Shown here: piece by piece, positions 8,320-18,300 of the stretch
Layout of the letters: every line of letters begins with the position of its first letter
Numbering within the stretch: the stretch's first letter is position 1
Virus record (IMG/VR): IMGVR_UViG_3300028840_008186
Location: 1-64,000 of that record
From: a virus
Lineage: Duplodnaviria; Caudoviricetes
Reading direction: 5' to 3' (one strand)
DNA length: 64,000 bases
Notes under the pieces: generated by a model
The model's input: the letters and a program-made list of their open reading frames with translations, nothing else
Database searches by the model: none
Told to the model about the DNA's origin: nothing
Program-made: the position numbers and the translations under genes

Positions 8320-10407
8320 TTAATCTCCTGGGAGCGGCAAGAACTTCATGTATTCTTTAGTCCCTACCCAATATAATATCGCGCGGCACTGCCTAAAGAA
8401 AAGCTCTTGTAGTGCCTTGAATGAGACTTCCTGATTTATAACTATATGAAAATTGTAGTTCCTACCAGCAAACTGGGTACCAGCCTCTCCAAAAGACCCA
8501 CTATCATAATCCAAACCATAAAGGTTCGATAGCATATGAGCCCGAATCTGATCCGGCCTGGTATAACTATACCCAGTACAATCTGCGCTCACTCTCTTGC
8601 CTATTACCATATCAGCAGTGGAATTGCCTGACTGGGTAACTGTTCCTACCCTGTACAAAACCCCTCCCGGAAGCTGCGCCCACTCATCCTCATCCGCAGT
8701 GCCTACTTGCGTATTCGTTTTTGTTTTAGAGGGTTCATAAGCAACCTCTATCTCCAACCGCCGAATGAGAAAGTAACCTTCTGGATCGAAGCCAACGCCC
8801 CCGCCTATATAAAAAGAAAAACAAGAATTCGTGAAATAATGCCAGGTATGTTCCTGACCGCCGGCACACGGATACCAATGCTCCACGTGGTCAGGATCGG
8901 GGTAGTCATCTGGGTAATCCCCTTCGTAAAGATCTGGACTGCGGTCCAAGTAGGTAGTCGTATTGGGAGCGTTTATGTTGACCCCGTCGCAAGCCGATGA
9001 AAACAGAAAGAGCCCCGCAGAACCTCCAGAATACCCATGATGAAACCTGAGCTCGAATTGGCCCGAAGATTCCCAAAGCCCTCGCACTACTTCATATTCG
9101 AATGTAATCTTGAAATATTTTGGGGTTCCTTCTGGTTTACTAGCATTAGGGAAGCCCCATACAGGAAGTACTTGAGGATCGCCGCCGCACATACAATGCT
9201 CGCAATCATTCTGATATTGTTCTTCATCAGACAAAGCCGGATCATAGCATGAAGCGGAAAGTGTAGTCCGCGACAGAGTGTTTTCTTCCTCCTGGTGTTT
9301 ATGGCCCTCTGGATCCTCAAGAAGCTCCAATACCTTTTGAACCTCCCCTAGATCGTACTTTGGCGTTAAAGTGGAGGGGTCTTGATTGGGGTCATTGGTA
9401 AAGCGAATATCGTCTTCAATTGAAGTATTAACCTGCTTGTAGATAGACGGAAGGGTATGAAATACGATGATACCCTTTCCTTCGTAGCCCGAATAGGCAG
9501 AATTCCAAGAACCGTCCGCGTTCTGACTCCCATCTCCGGCTCCGCAATATTTAGTGATATTGTTATCCTCATCGCCGTCCGCAATTTCCTTCTGCCGAAT
9601 ATCGTCTACATATACGTTCTCAATCCCAGACATCGGATGATCTGATAACAAATAAACATACTCGGTCTGTATTTCAGCAATGTTTGCCCCTTTATCGTGC
9701 TCCACTTCTATAGTCTCGTTGTAGCCTCGCGCAGTTACATTAAACGTATTTCCGTTCCGCGAAGACACCAATACAAGCTCGGAGTCGATTTGCGCTACAA
9801 AAGAACTCTGAGAGGGAAACCGAGAGCCATCTGTGATCTCAATATCTCCAACGAAATCTGCGGTTATGTCTTCAATTATGGTAGTTTTGCCGCCAGCATC
9901 GACCGCCAGACTGGGGACTCTTTCCGGAGAGCCGTAGATGGTATTGATAACCTTGCCTAAATCATCTGGATCCATACCTGGATAGTCGTCATAAGTAGCA
10001 ATAGGCCAAGGGCTCCGTTTCTCCAACAAGGTGCTATAATCTACTATTTCCACTACGCAAGAATCCAATGTGATCTGCTTTAGACCAGCGCTGATTCCAT
10101 AGTAGATCAATTTGTAGGATTCGGAGTCTTCGTGCGCCCAATAAATATAAGTAGCATGCCCTATAAATCGACCCATATCCGAAAAGCGATCATATCCAAA
10201 AACAGGCTTGGAATTATTGAGAGCCAGGGTATAAGAACCGTTGGACACTTGCATGGTGGAGGGGTCGAAACTGGGATTGCGACCAGACAAGTTCAATATC
10301 AGCCCTATCCATTCCTCCCCAAACCGGTAATGCGTCCTTTCAGAAATATACATACTCCCGAACTGGACATAAACCGTAGGATTCTTTAAGTGCCTTGGAT
10401 AAGTCAT
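8320..10407 (-). CDS. tail tip/baseplate hub-like protein
   Basis: 695 aa; GKVINTIYG and IENVYVDD motifs typical of tail-tip proteins; position downstream of tape measure. Confidence 0.6.
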   Translation of the reverse strand: MTYPRHLKNPTVYVQFGSMYISERTHYRFGEEWIGLILNLSGRNPSFDPSTMQVSNGSYTLALNNSKPVFGYDRFSDMGRFIGHATYIYWAHEDSESYKLIYYGISAGLKQITLDSCVVEIVDYSTLLEKRSPWPIATYDDYPGMDPDDLGKVINTIYGSPERVPSLAVDAGGKTTIIEDITADFVGDIEITDGSRFPSQSSFVAQIDSELVLVSSRNGNTFNVTARGYNETIEVEHDKGANIAEIQTEYVYLLSDHPMSGIENVYVDDIRQKEIADGDEDNNITKYCGAGDGSQNADGSWNSAYSGYEGKGIIVFHTLPSIYKQVNTSIEDDIRFTNDPNQDPSTLTPKYDLGEVQKVLELLEDPEGHKHQEEENTLSRTTLSASCYDPALSDEEQYQNDCEHCMCGGDPQVLPVWGFPNASKPEGTPKYFKITFEYEVVRGLWESSGQFELRFHHGYSGGSAGLFLFSSACDGVNINAPNTTTYLDRSPDLYEGDYPDDYPDPDHVEHWYPCAGGQEHTWHYFTNSCFSFYIGGGVGFDPEGYFLIRRLEIEVAYEPSKTKTNTQVGTADEDEWAQLPGGVLYRVGTVTQSGNSTADMVIGKRVSADCTGYSYTRPDQIRAHMLSNLYGLDYDSGSFGEAGTQFAGRNYNFHIVINQEVSFKALQELFFRQCRAILYWVGTKEYMKFLPLPGD

Positions 10408-10823
10408 TTACCTTGCCTCCACTCTTTGATCGTTTTGTGACTCAATAACTCCGTCCCGCAATGGTCACAAACCCAATATGTTTTATACCCATACCGATTC
10501 TCCCGGCCTTGGGGCGGTAGATTGAAGTGCCTCATAGTGCCCCTACAATCCCGGCACTTGGGGTAATAACGCGTGGGCCGAGGAGGTCGCGGAGGCAAAA
10601 ACCGATAATTCTCATAGCCTCTGTTACGAGGAAGCTGTTCCAATAGATGTACCATAGATTCTCTATTGAACTGTTCATAAACGCAGCGGGGGCAGTACCA
10701 CATGCTCCCATATCCATAGCGATTAAAAGGCCCTTTGGGTGGGAGGGCTCTGATACGAAGAGGTATATTACAATCTGGACATCTCGGCATCCTGACTATA
10801 TCAGTTATAGACAAACCACTCAT
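10404..10823 (-). CDS. double zinc-ribbon protein
   Basis: CPDC..NRYGYGSMWYCPRC and CRDC..NRYGYKTYWVCDHC. Confidence 0.65.
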   Translation of the reverse strand: MSGLSITDIVRMPRCPDCNIPLRIRALPPKGPFNRYGYGSMWYCPRCVYEQFNRESMVHLLEQLPRNRGYENYRFLPPRPPRPTRYYPKCRDCRGTMRHFNLPPQGRENRYGYKTYWVCDHCGTELLSHKTIKEWRQGK

Positions 10824-10943
10824 GCGCTTTTTTGCTCCTCTTTGAGCTTGGATACAATTTTTTTAACGCTTTCTGAATTGAACTGCTCATAAAGGCAATC
10901 TCCCCTCGTACAGTACCACATGCTCCCATATCCATAGCGATTA
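10693..10943. repeat. 33-bp exact direct repeat (10693-10725 and 10911-10943)
   Basis: CAGTACCACATGCTCCCATATCCATAGCGATTA twice, encoding NRYGYGSMWYC. Confidence 0.9.
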
Positions 10944-11212
10944 TTCTTGCCTTTAGGCGGAAGATGTCTCAAACTTAAAGGCCCTCCGCAATCCGGACAG
11001 GGCAAAGGCTTTACGAACTCTTTTTCATCACTTAATTTGGGCTGGGTTTTCGAACTTATGAAAATAGGACGCTCTTTCTCCGCTAGGATCTCTTGATAAA
11101 GCTCGAAGGCTTTGGTTATGTTAGTAGTGATCCCACTTCGTACAAAAATCTTTTTAGCCCGGGCCAACGCAGCGACCCTATCACTGAACTCTTTTTTACT
11201 CAACCGCTTCAT
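10820..11212 (-). CDS. zinc-ribbon protein, paralogous to neighbour
   Basis: CPDCGG..LPPKG..NRYGYGSMWYCTRGDC; start moved to MKRLSK after GGAGG RBS. Confidence 0.65.
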   Translation of the reverse strand: MKRLSKKEFSDRVAALARAKKIFVRSGITTNITKAFELYQEILAEKERPIFISSKTQPKLSDEKEFVKPLPCPDCGGPLSLRHLPPKGKNNRYGYGSMWYCTRGDCLYEQFNSESVKKIVSKLKEEQKSA

Positions 11213-11213
11213 A

Positions 11214-14200
11214 CTACTCATCCTCCCATACGCATTGCGGGTAAGCTGGGTAAAACCCCGGCCAATAAGTATTAACGCGCCCATTCATATTATCATCATC
11301 CCCATCCACTTCCCAGCAGCGCGTATCAAAGTCCCAGTCCCCTACAAAAATCCTTTCATTGTCATATCCATAAGTAGTCGGGTAAGGCGGGCATGCTATA
11401 GGCCTATCAGGATCAGTATCATTATAATAATAATACCCAGGATGCATACACGCTACACTAGGCTGGCAACTTGGGCAATACGGGGAGTTAAATCTCTCAC
11501 CGGTAGGGATAGCATTCCCACAAAATGCGTCTCCGCACTGTGACATTCCGCCTAAATAACCATCGCACTTCGAGCGAGATACAAAGAAAAGAGGCCATTC
11601 CCCCATATAATCGCCGAAGCAGTCCCACATATCTGCGTAACACGCATAATAAGTTGAATTATAAATAGCCCACTTAGTACCAGGCTTTACTACGCATGGC
11701 CAATAAGGCATTCCTAAATCCTCAAGCCAATTATTTTCTACCCCTCCGCACAACCCATTGCTAGGCTCCCGCCTAGCGTTTAATTTTATCTCTACCGCAT
11801 CGCACTGAGTAGTAGTACCTGCATTGAAAAGCCTTAAAGTAGCTACCCCTGTATCAGACTCTCCATAAGGTTCCTCCGGACAAGAATCGAATACTACTTC
11901 CACGCTACCAACTCCCTCATGTGCTCCATTAAAATAAACTTTGCTGGAATCGAAATTAGATTCTAATGTCCAATCATAATAAGATTCTGGACCATCTGTA
12001 GTAAAGGTTTGAGAAGTTTGCGTCCAATCACAACCATGATGATAATTAGGGTCGCTTAAAAAAACACTATTACACGCGCACGCAGTCATATGTAAGTCTG
12101 AGTAAAGTATAGTCCCTTCTCCCGGCCCTTGCTCACTCACAGTCAACGTCAATTCGTAAACCAGACGCCACCCTGTGCCGCTCCCATCTGAACTGCAATA
12201 AAGCCCTAACGCAAATTGAGCACCCACTTCTGCGTCCGAAGATATAGCCACAATAACATCAAGACATCCTATACATTGATAGTGATCAGTAGACCAAAGG
12301 AAATCAGCATCTCCCACTATCGAATCCAATTTGGTTATTAGCCAGCCATAATAAGTCACACCCTGTCCACCAGAACAAGGGCTGCCAAGAACGCTGTGTG
12401 CATACAGTGAATAATCGTAAGAGCCCCCAGCATTGACGTTCGTCGTAACAGGGGAAATACTAACTAAACAACAATCTAAAAACTCCTTACAGAATATTAT
12501 CACGCTATCCACCCAATTACCATCGCAATATAAACTTAAATCATGAGACGTTTCTACAGTATGCTGTACCGGACAAAATTGTATTTGGGTACTATCAGAC
12601 ACAGAGTAACGATCACCGCTGTCACAAAGCGGGTAGCCTATAGCGGGCGTAGTAGTAACCCACCCGCCCCAAAACTCACTAATAACCCAATCGTAAGTCC
12701 GATCAGGACAAGCATTGTCTACATGAAAATCCACGTGCACAAGAGTCATGTCCATTACCATTGAACGGTAGATCTCCTCCGTTATCTCATGCGTATCACA
12801 TCCAATTAATGCATCATCGCAATAACACGCAGTAATACTAATCTCATGAGTAGCCCTGACCGTATAATTATCTCTATTACACTTCAATTCTATCGTAGCA
12901 GAACCTTCTTCTGTCCCAGCCGTAAATTGAGCTCCATACCCATCAGTGTCCGTAATTATACCGCACCCGGTAGGCGCTCCATCCGCTATATCCCACCAAA
13001 AGTCATTGCTAGGGCAAGTTGGAAACTTCTGATTATCCGGCGGATCTCCATCCACGCCGTGTACTAAGGCATCTAATTGTACAGTGCCCTCCACCGGCAC
13101 AGAACTAGGCCCAGATATTGCGTAAATACCAGAACAGCAATCCCGTACTGCTACTGGATAAACATCAATCTCATAGCCACCGCAAAGTAAACTTATTGTG
13201 CCCACCGTATAGTCAACGCCTTGAATAGTCTCGCTAGTACCCCCACTGATTTTCGTAGGACAATCGTCTTGAGGATCGAAATCAACATCTGGAAGAAATA
13301 AGGCTATTGCCCAAGAAAAATCTGTAGTAGGACAAGGACTCACGCCTCGGTTTTTTACACTGAACCCATCCGCATATCCGTCATTCCGCGCCACGTCCAA
13401 TATCAAAGCCTCCCGATCCTCTCCATTTATTGTCATAAGCTCATCGGGATTGAAAAATGCATTATGCAAAGTAACGCCACTGTAATCGATATCTCCAGCG
13501 CACTCGCAAGAAGTACCAGATTCTACTACTATCTGAGCGGTAGACAAAGGCGAGGGACACTCTCCGCAAGTTACCTGTACTTCTACCATACCATCTACTG
13601 TTCCTGAATAAAAATACATTCCCGTGCCCTGAAGAGTAGAGTTCGTTCCCCCTGGAGTAGACTGATTACCATTGGCATCCTCGAGGTAGCAATCCGACCC
13701 AGCCGGGTAATTTGTAATTTGCCAAGTATAATGATGGTAGGTATCTACCCCGTCCTTATCGCAGTAGTAACCAGTGTCCGGCCAAAGTTCATTATATTTA
13801 TTAGTGAGCTGGAGCACCCCAGTAACCTCAGTACCGACTGTAGCAGAAGAGGGATCTATTTCTTCTATACAAGTGCAACAGTCTATAACTTCTATGATTT
13901 GCGACGAAACTATATCGCCCTTACAATTCAAAGTTATTACTATATAACCATCCCCCTGTTCTCCTGCATTCAAAACAGCCGTATCGCCCGTCGCATCTCC
14001 ATCGTAATTCGCATATTCTGCTGAATTCAAATCCCATGTATAATCATCGGTGCATGGAGAAGTAGAATGCTTTCCATCTATATATAAGTCAAGAACGTCT
14101 CCTACTTGCACTTGCATAGAACCTGGTACATCATCCGATTGAATAACTTCATTGCCAGTGCATACGCAGCCTAAAAGAATGATAACTATAGAATCGCACT

Positions 14201-14570
14201 CGCACCCCTCCCAAGCATCAGGATGCTCCGGATGCTTGCAATGTAAATAAACGGTATCCGAATCGCCTGTTATAGGAGCGGTATAAGTAACCGAAAGACC
14301 CCAAACACTATCTTCATTAGCTGTACTCAATCCCTCTGTTGTGTTCTCAATTGTGCCCAATTCGCACGTCCAATAAAAATAATCACCAGAACATGGAGCA
14401 ACCGCATACCGTCCTTGCACAGTAAGCACTTGCGTGCCCTCTAATTCCATATCTAAATTATCGTAGCCTATAAATTCACTACCAGCATGGCAGATAGGCC
14501 CATCGCATCCGCACCCACAAGCACCGAATCGAATAGGAAGCGTGTCACAATTTGGAATAGGCCGGGACAT
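11214..14570 (-). CDS. large acidic Cys-rich tail-associated protein with tandem Ig-like repeats
   Basis: 1118 aa, about 60 Cys by hand count; recurring CxC/CC...PC....(Y/F).W...L.C units of ~100-120 aa. Confidence 0.65.
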   Translation of the reverse strand: MSRPIPNCDTLPIRFGACGCGCDGPICHAGSEFIGYDNLDMELEGTQVLTVQGRYAVAPCSGDYFYWTCELGTIENTTEGLSTANEDSVWGLSVTYTAPITGDSDTVYLHCKHPEHPDAWEGCECDSIVIILLGCVCTGNEVIQSDDVPGSMQVQVGDVLDLYIDGKHSTSPCTDDYTWDLNSAEYANYDGDATGDTAVLNAGEQGDGYIVITLNCKGDIVSSQIIEVIDCCTCIEEIDPSSATVGTEVTGVLQLTNKYNELWPDTGYYCDKDGVDTYHHYTWQITNYPAGSDCYLEDANGNQSTPGGTNSTLQGTGMYFYSGTVDGMVEVQVTCGECPSPLSTAQIVVESGTSCECAGDIDYSGVTLHNAFFNPDELMTINGEDREALILDVARNDGYADGFSVKNRGVSPCPTTDFSWAIALFLPDVDFDPQDDCPTKISGGTSETIQGVDYTVGTISLLCGGYEIDVYPVAVRDCCSGIYAISGPSSVPVEGTVQLDALVHGVDGDPPDNQKFPTCPSNDFWWDIADGAPTGCGIITDTDGYGAQFTAGTEEGSATIELKCNRDNYTVRATHEISITACYCDDALIGCDTHEITEEIYRSMVMDMTLVHVDFHVDNACPDRTYDWVISEFWGGWVTTTPAIGYPLCDSGDRYSVSDSTQIQFCPVQHTVETSHDLSLYCDGNWVDSVIIFCKEFLDCCLVSISPVTTNVNAGGSYDYSLYAHSVLGSPCSGGQGVTYYGWLITKLDSIVGDADFLWSTDHYQCIGCLDVIVAISSDAEVGAQFALGLYCSSDGSGTGWRLVYELTLTVSEQGPGEGTILYSDLHMTACACNSVFLSDPNYHHGCDWTQTSQTFTTDGPESYYDWTLESNFDSSKVYFNGAHEGVGSVEVVFDSCPEEPYGESDTGVATLRLFNAGTTTQCDAVEIKLNARREPSNGLCGGVENNWLEDLGMPYWPCVVKPGTKWAIYNSTYYACYADMWDCFGDYMGEWPLFFVSRSKCDGYLGGMSQCGDAFCGNAIPTGERFNSPYCPSCQPSVACMHPGYYYYNDTDPDRPIACPPYPTTYGYDNERIFVGDWDFDTRCWEVDGDDDNMNGRVNTYWPGFYPAYPQCVWEDE

Positions 14571-15343
14571 TAAAATACCTCCCGAACGGACATAGTGAAA
14601 GTTTGGTAGTAAGGCAAGAGATCGCCACTAGGAGAGGTTCCTCCCGGGATTACATAGGGGAAGCTGGCCGGTCCCAAAAGCTCCACGTACCGAAGCGTTC
14701 CGTCATGATCATACATATAAAAAGGGAGCAATCCATCATCGGTATCTACTAAACACTGCTTAAATACATCCATTTTCGTAGAGCCCATAGTAAATTTATA
14801 TTCATAGGCCCATTTGGATTCGCCTCGTTTCAGACCCCAACGATGCCCCGACCGTGTGTATCTAATATCTTGATTGGGCTCTCGAGTCGGAACAGGACCT
14901 GGGAAATCGGGGTGGACGTCAAAAACCTTCGTGCCCAGCGTCAACTCTGCTATATACGGATCTGACTTTGGAGTAAACGTCAACTGGTAAGACGTTGGGT
15001 ATTCATCCCCATACATCAAAGGCGTGCTCCATGACGCAACAAACTCTGATGAGTCGGGAATGGAGGATGAATACAGTTGATGCCCCGACCCATCGCTAAT
15101 CGTCACGGTTTCAGATGCCAGATTGTGACGGCTGATTGCAAAGAAATCTATAGGCACGCCGGTCCCAAAATTGGACAGAGCGATAGTCCAAGGCGCAGCA
15201 CCGCCTTGCGTCCGCATCCAAAGATCATTCCGGTCCCCATCGTACAAACGAGACGCAGGATAGGCAGTACTTGGAGATCCGTAAGTAAATGAAATGGTAG
15301 CATCCCGAAGAATATTGTTGGTGACCAGCTTGATATTTTCCAT
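14570..15343 (-). CDS. distal tail (Dit)-like protein
   Basis: first gene after tape measure; YPASRLYDG N-domain, PFYMYD..G C-domain. Confidence 0.55.
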   Translation of the reverse strand: MENIKLVTNNILRDATISFTYGSPSTAYPASRLYDGDRNDLWMRTQGGAAPWTIALSNFGTGVPIDFFAISRHNLASETVTISDGSGHQLYSSSIPDSSEFVASWSTPLMYGDEYPTSYQLTFTPKSDPYIAELTLGTKVFDVHPDFPGPVPTREPNQDIRYTRSGHRWGLKRGESKWAYEYKFTMGSTKMDVFKQCLVDTDDGLLPFYMYDHDGTLRYVELLGPASFPYVIPGGTSPSGDLLPYYQTFTMSVREVF

Positions 15344-15346
15344 GAT

Positions 15347-18300
15347 TTACCCCAACATTGGCGCTTGGCCTAATCTTTGGAGACGTTGAATATCGAAAGC
15401 CAGCTTTCGCGCGTCTCCCGCATAATTATTGAGATTGATAGTACCGGCTCCCTGTCCGCTTGCTGCCGCCGCGCTCATAACATGTTGTAAGTTCTGAATG
15501 GAACCATCGATCCGCTGTAGGTACTGGTTCCCTTCTATCATCAACCGGCTATGATAGGCCAGCTTACTATCCAGAGACTTAATCCCAAGATTGGTTGTGC
15601 TCAGAAACTGTCCCAGATCGGGAGGCGTCATGTTCCACAAGTAAGCACTAAGTGTTTCAAACCCTTCTTGATTAGCAAGTCTGAGTTCTCGCAAGGACTC
15701 TATTATATTCCTCAAAAGACCGCCCTCGCCAGCAGAAGTAGGAACAGCGCCGCCCTCTGCAAAACGCAACGGCGCAACCGTCCCTCCCTTCGCATACCGA
15801 GGGATCACGTCTACAAAAGACTTAGTGGCTTTAGCTATGCCACCCTTCGCATACCGAGGGATCACGTCTACATAAGACTTTAAAGTACCAACGAAACCCC
15901 CTCTAGTAAATTTAGGAACCGCATCTATAGCAACCTTGCCTTTATTCAACGCCTCGAGGAACATTGTGCCATACTTTTGTACAGCCGATTTCTTAACAAC
16001 GTACTCGCCCGGAGTTAGCCACGCCGGTATAGTATCAGTGCCTTTGGCCTTAGCCCCTAGATCGGCTGGGTGGGGGGCTTCGCCGCCCTCGGCGAAGGTA
16101 GAACCATAATATTGATTGCCTGTGAGAGGGTTGATGCCCTCAAATGCGTGGGAAGCACCTGAGTCCTCTGCTACTGTTTTTTGGTGGGCTATTACGTTGT
16201 AGTGCTTATCATGGATATCGAATTCCTCAATAGCCGCGAGTCGGTCCAATTCGAATTTTGCGCCGGAGTCTACTTCGAAATATTTGGGTTCGATTGTTGC
16301 ATTTTGAAGATCTCTAATAGAACCACGCACTACCTCAATACTAGCTGCCATATCCCCCGCCATACGGGAGTAAGCATCCATCATATCTTGCGCATGTTTC
16401 AAAGCATCTTCCTTTTCGGCTACCCGCAACCGCGTGCGCTCCTTGATAGCCCGTTCTACGACATCACTGGCTTTGGCTACCTTTCTCTCGGCCTCTGCCT
16501 GGCTTAAGGCGGACTCTTCTCCCTTAGCAGCTGCTACGCCTAATTCCACAAATATATCCCTGGCTTCTCCGGCCATCTGCTTGGCCAAATCCTGATTCTC
16601 AATTACATCCGATTGTATTAAATGGTAGGCCTTAGACATCTTGTCTTGGGCCTCTTCGAGCTTATCCGCTTGAAGCTCGGTTTCAGTCATCCCCGCTCGA
16701 CTGATCTTTTTGAGTGCGTCCTCCGCTGTTGAAGCATTGTCTTTAATACTCTCAGCGCCTTCCTTTCGAATCTCAGCTATATCCTCTTGCGCACTTTGTA
16801 TCGCGTCTGCGTAGGCTTCTTCTTTAGTAATTGCATAATTATACGAGGACTGAAGAGAAGACAGCCAATCATTCAATACTTTTTCCTTATCGTCCAGCGT
16901 GCCTCTCTCAATTTCGTCTATAGCCGCTCTGGAATTGCGAACAATGCTTTCTCTTTCTGTAGCACTAATCCGCTCTAAACTTAATCGCGTTTGCAGCCTC
17001 TGTTTCTCAACAGCTATCCTTTTATCAGCTTCCTCACGAGCTATCGCAATGAGCTTATCTTTCCGCTCCCTTTCCTTCTCCAGCACGAGGTATCTGGTAT
17101 TTAACTCTCTCCAAGCTGTATTTTGATGAATCTCAACAAGGCGCTCATTTATATCCGCAACGCTCTCAAGATAACCCTCCTCCGCATCTACCAATTTCCC
17201 AAAAGCGCGATCGTATACACGCTTCCACTCGCCCAAAGCCCTCTCCCGCATCTTAATACTTTTACGCAAAGGCTTTCGGCTCTCTAAGATCTCAATCTCC
17301 CAATCATACGCCTGATTTACAATTTCTCTACGCGCCGCGTAATGATCATCGATCTTCCGTTCCATCTCCTCATAATAACTATCTGCTTTGGCTTTGATCT
17401 GTTGGTGCTCCAATATCTTCTCTTGCACCATGCGATTCCTATAATCAGCCGCTGCCTTTACTGCTTCCTTATAATGATAGTTTTGCTCTTTTTCTAAATA
17501 CTCCTGGTACGCCAAAACTTTTTCCTCAATAGAAGTAAGCTTGTCCTCAAAACCAAACTGGTCTATATTGGTCATAGCTTGGAGGTCTTCTTGTATCTGG
17601 GGAGACAACTTAGCGAACACCTTTTGATATTCTGATATCTGGTGATCAGCATCCTTCTTCATAGTTTCGAGTTCTTTGAGCAGCATTGCGCGAACCTTTG
17701 CAAAATCAGCTGGCTTAAGAAGCCCGCTGTACATATTATCGAACACCGCTGTCAAGTGTTCAGCTGACAAAACAATCTCTTTGTCCATAAGTCCCAAAAC
17801 TCTATCACGTATCCGCTTTAGCTGGATTTCCCTTTGCTTCATTACTTCTTCATACTCAACCCCTGTGATGCCTCTCCACATCGCATGAAGAGGGGCTTGG
17901 GAGATCTTCTTGATAAACTCCCACAATGAGTCGTACCCTCCTGCAAACCGGTTTTTTATCAAAGCAGGATCAGCTGCTAATAGTTCTTCATTGATAGCCG
18001 TAAGCTTCTCTGCATCCTTTACCATAGCATCAGTAAGGCTTGTCTTTTCGTACTCCCTGGTAGCTGCGGCTAGTTCATCAAGATGATTCTTTAATGATTC
18101 AAGAGTAAGTCCCATATCCTCTTCGAGGAATTTAACAAAGTCTTCAGCTTGCTCATCTTCCCTCATGCGCCGAACTGTGTTAGTAAATTCTCTACGACCC
18201 TCTTCTGCTGCTTTTGCCAAAGCATCTGCCCACGACCGGGCTGCTATCGCATGGGATGCAAATTGTTCAGCAGCTTTTCCTGCCTTTTTTGCCGCCCTAT

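Noticed and set aside
10660-10960. Diversity-generating retroelement TR/VR pair near tail genes
   Set aside because: Flanking differences are not adenine-specific and include indels, both copies are coding, and no reverse transcriptase is in the window
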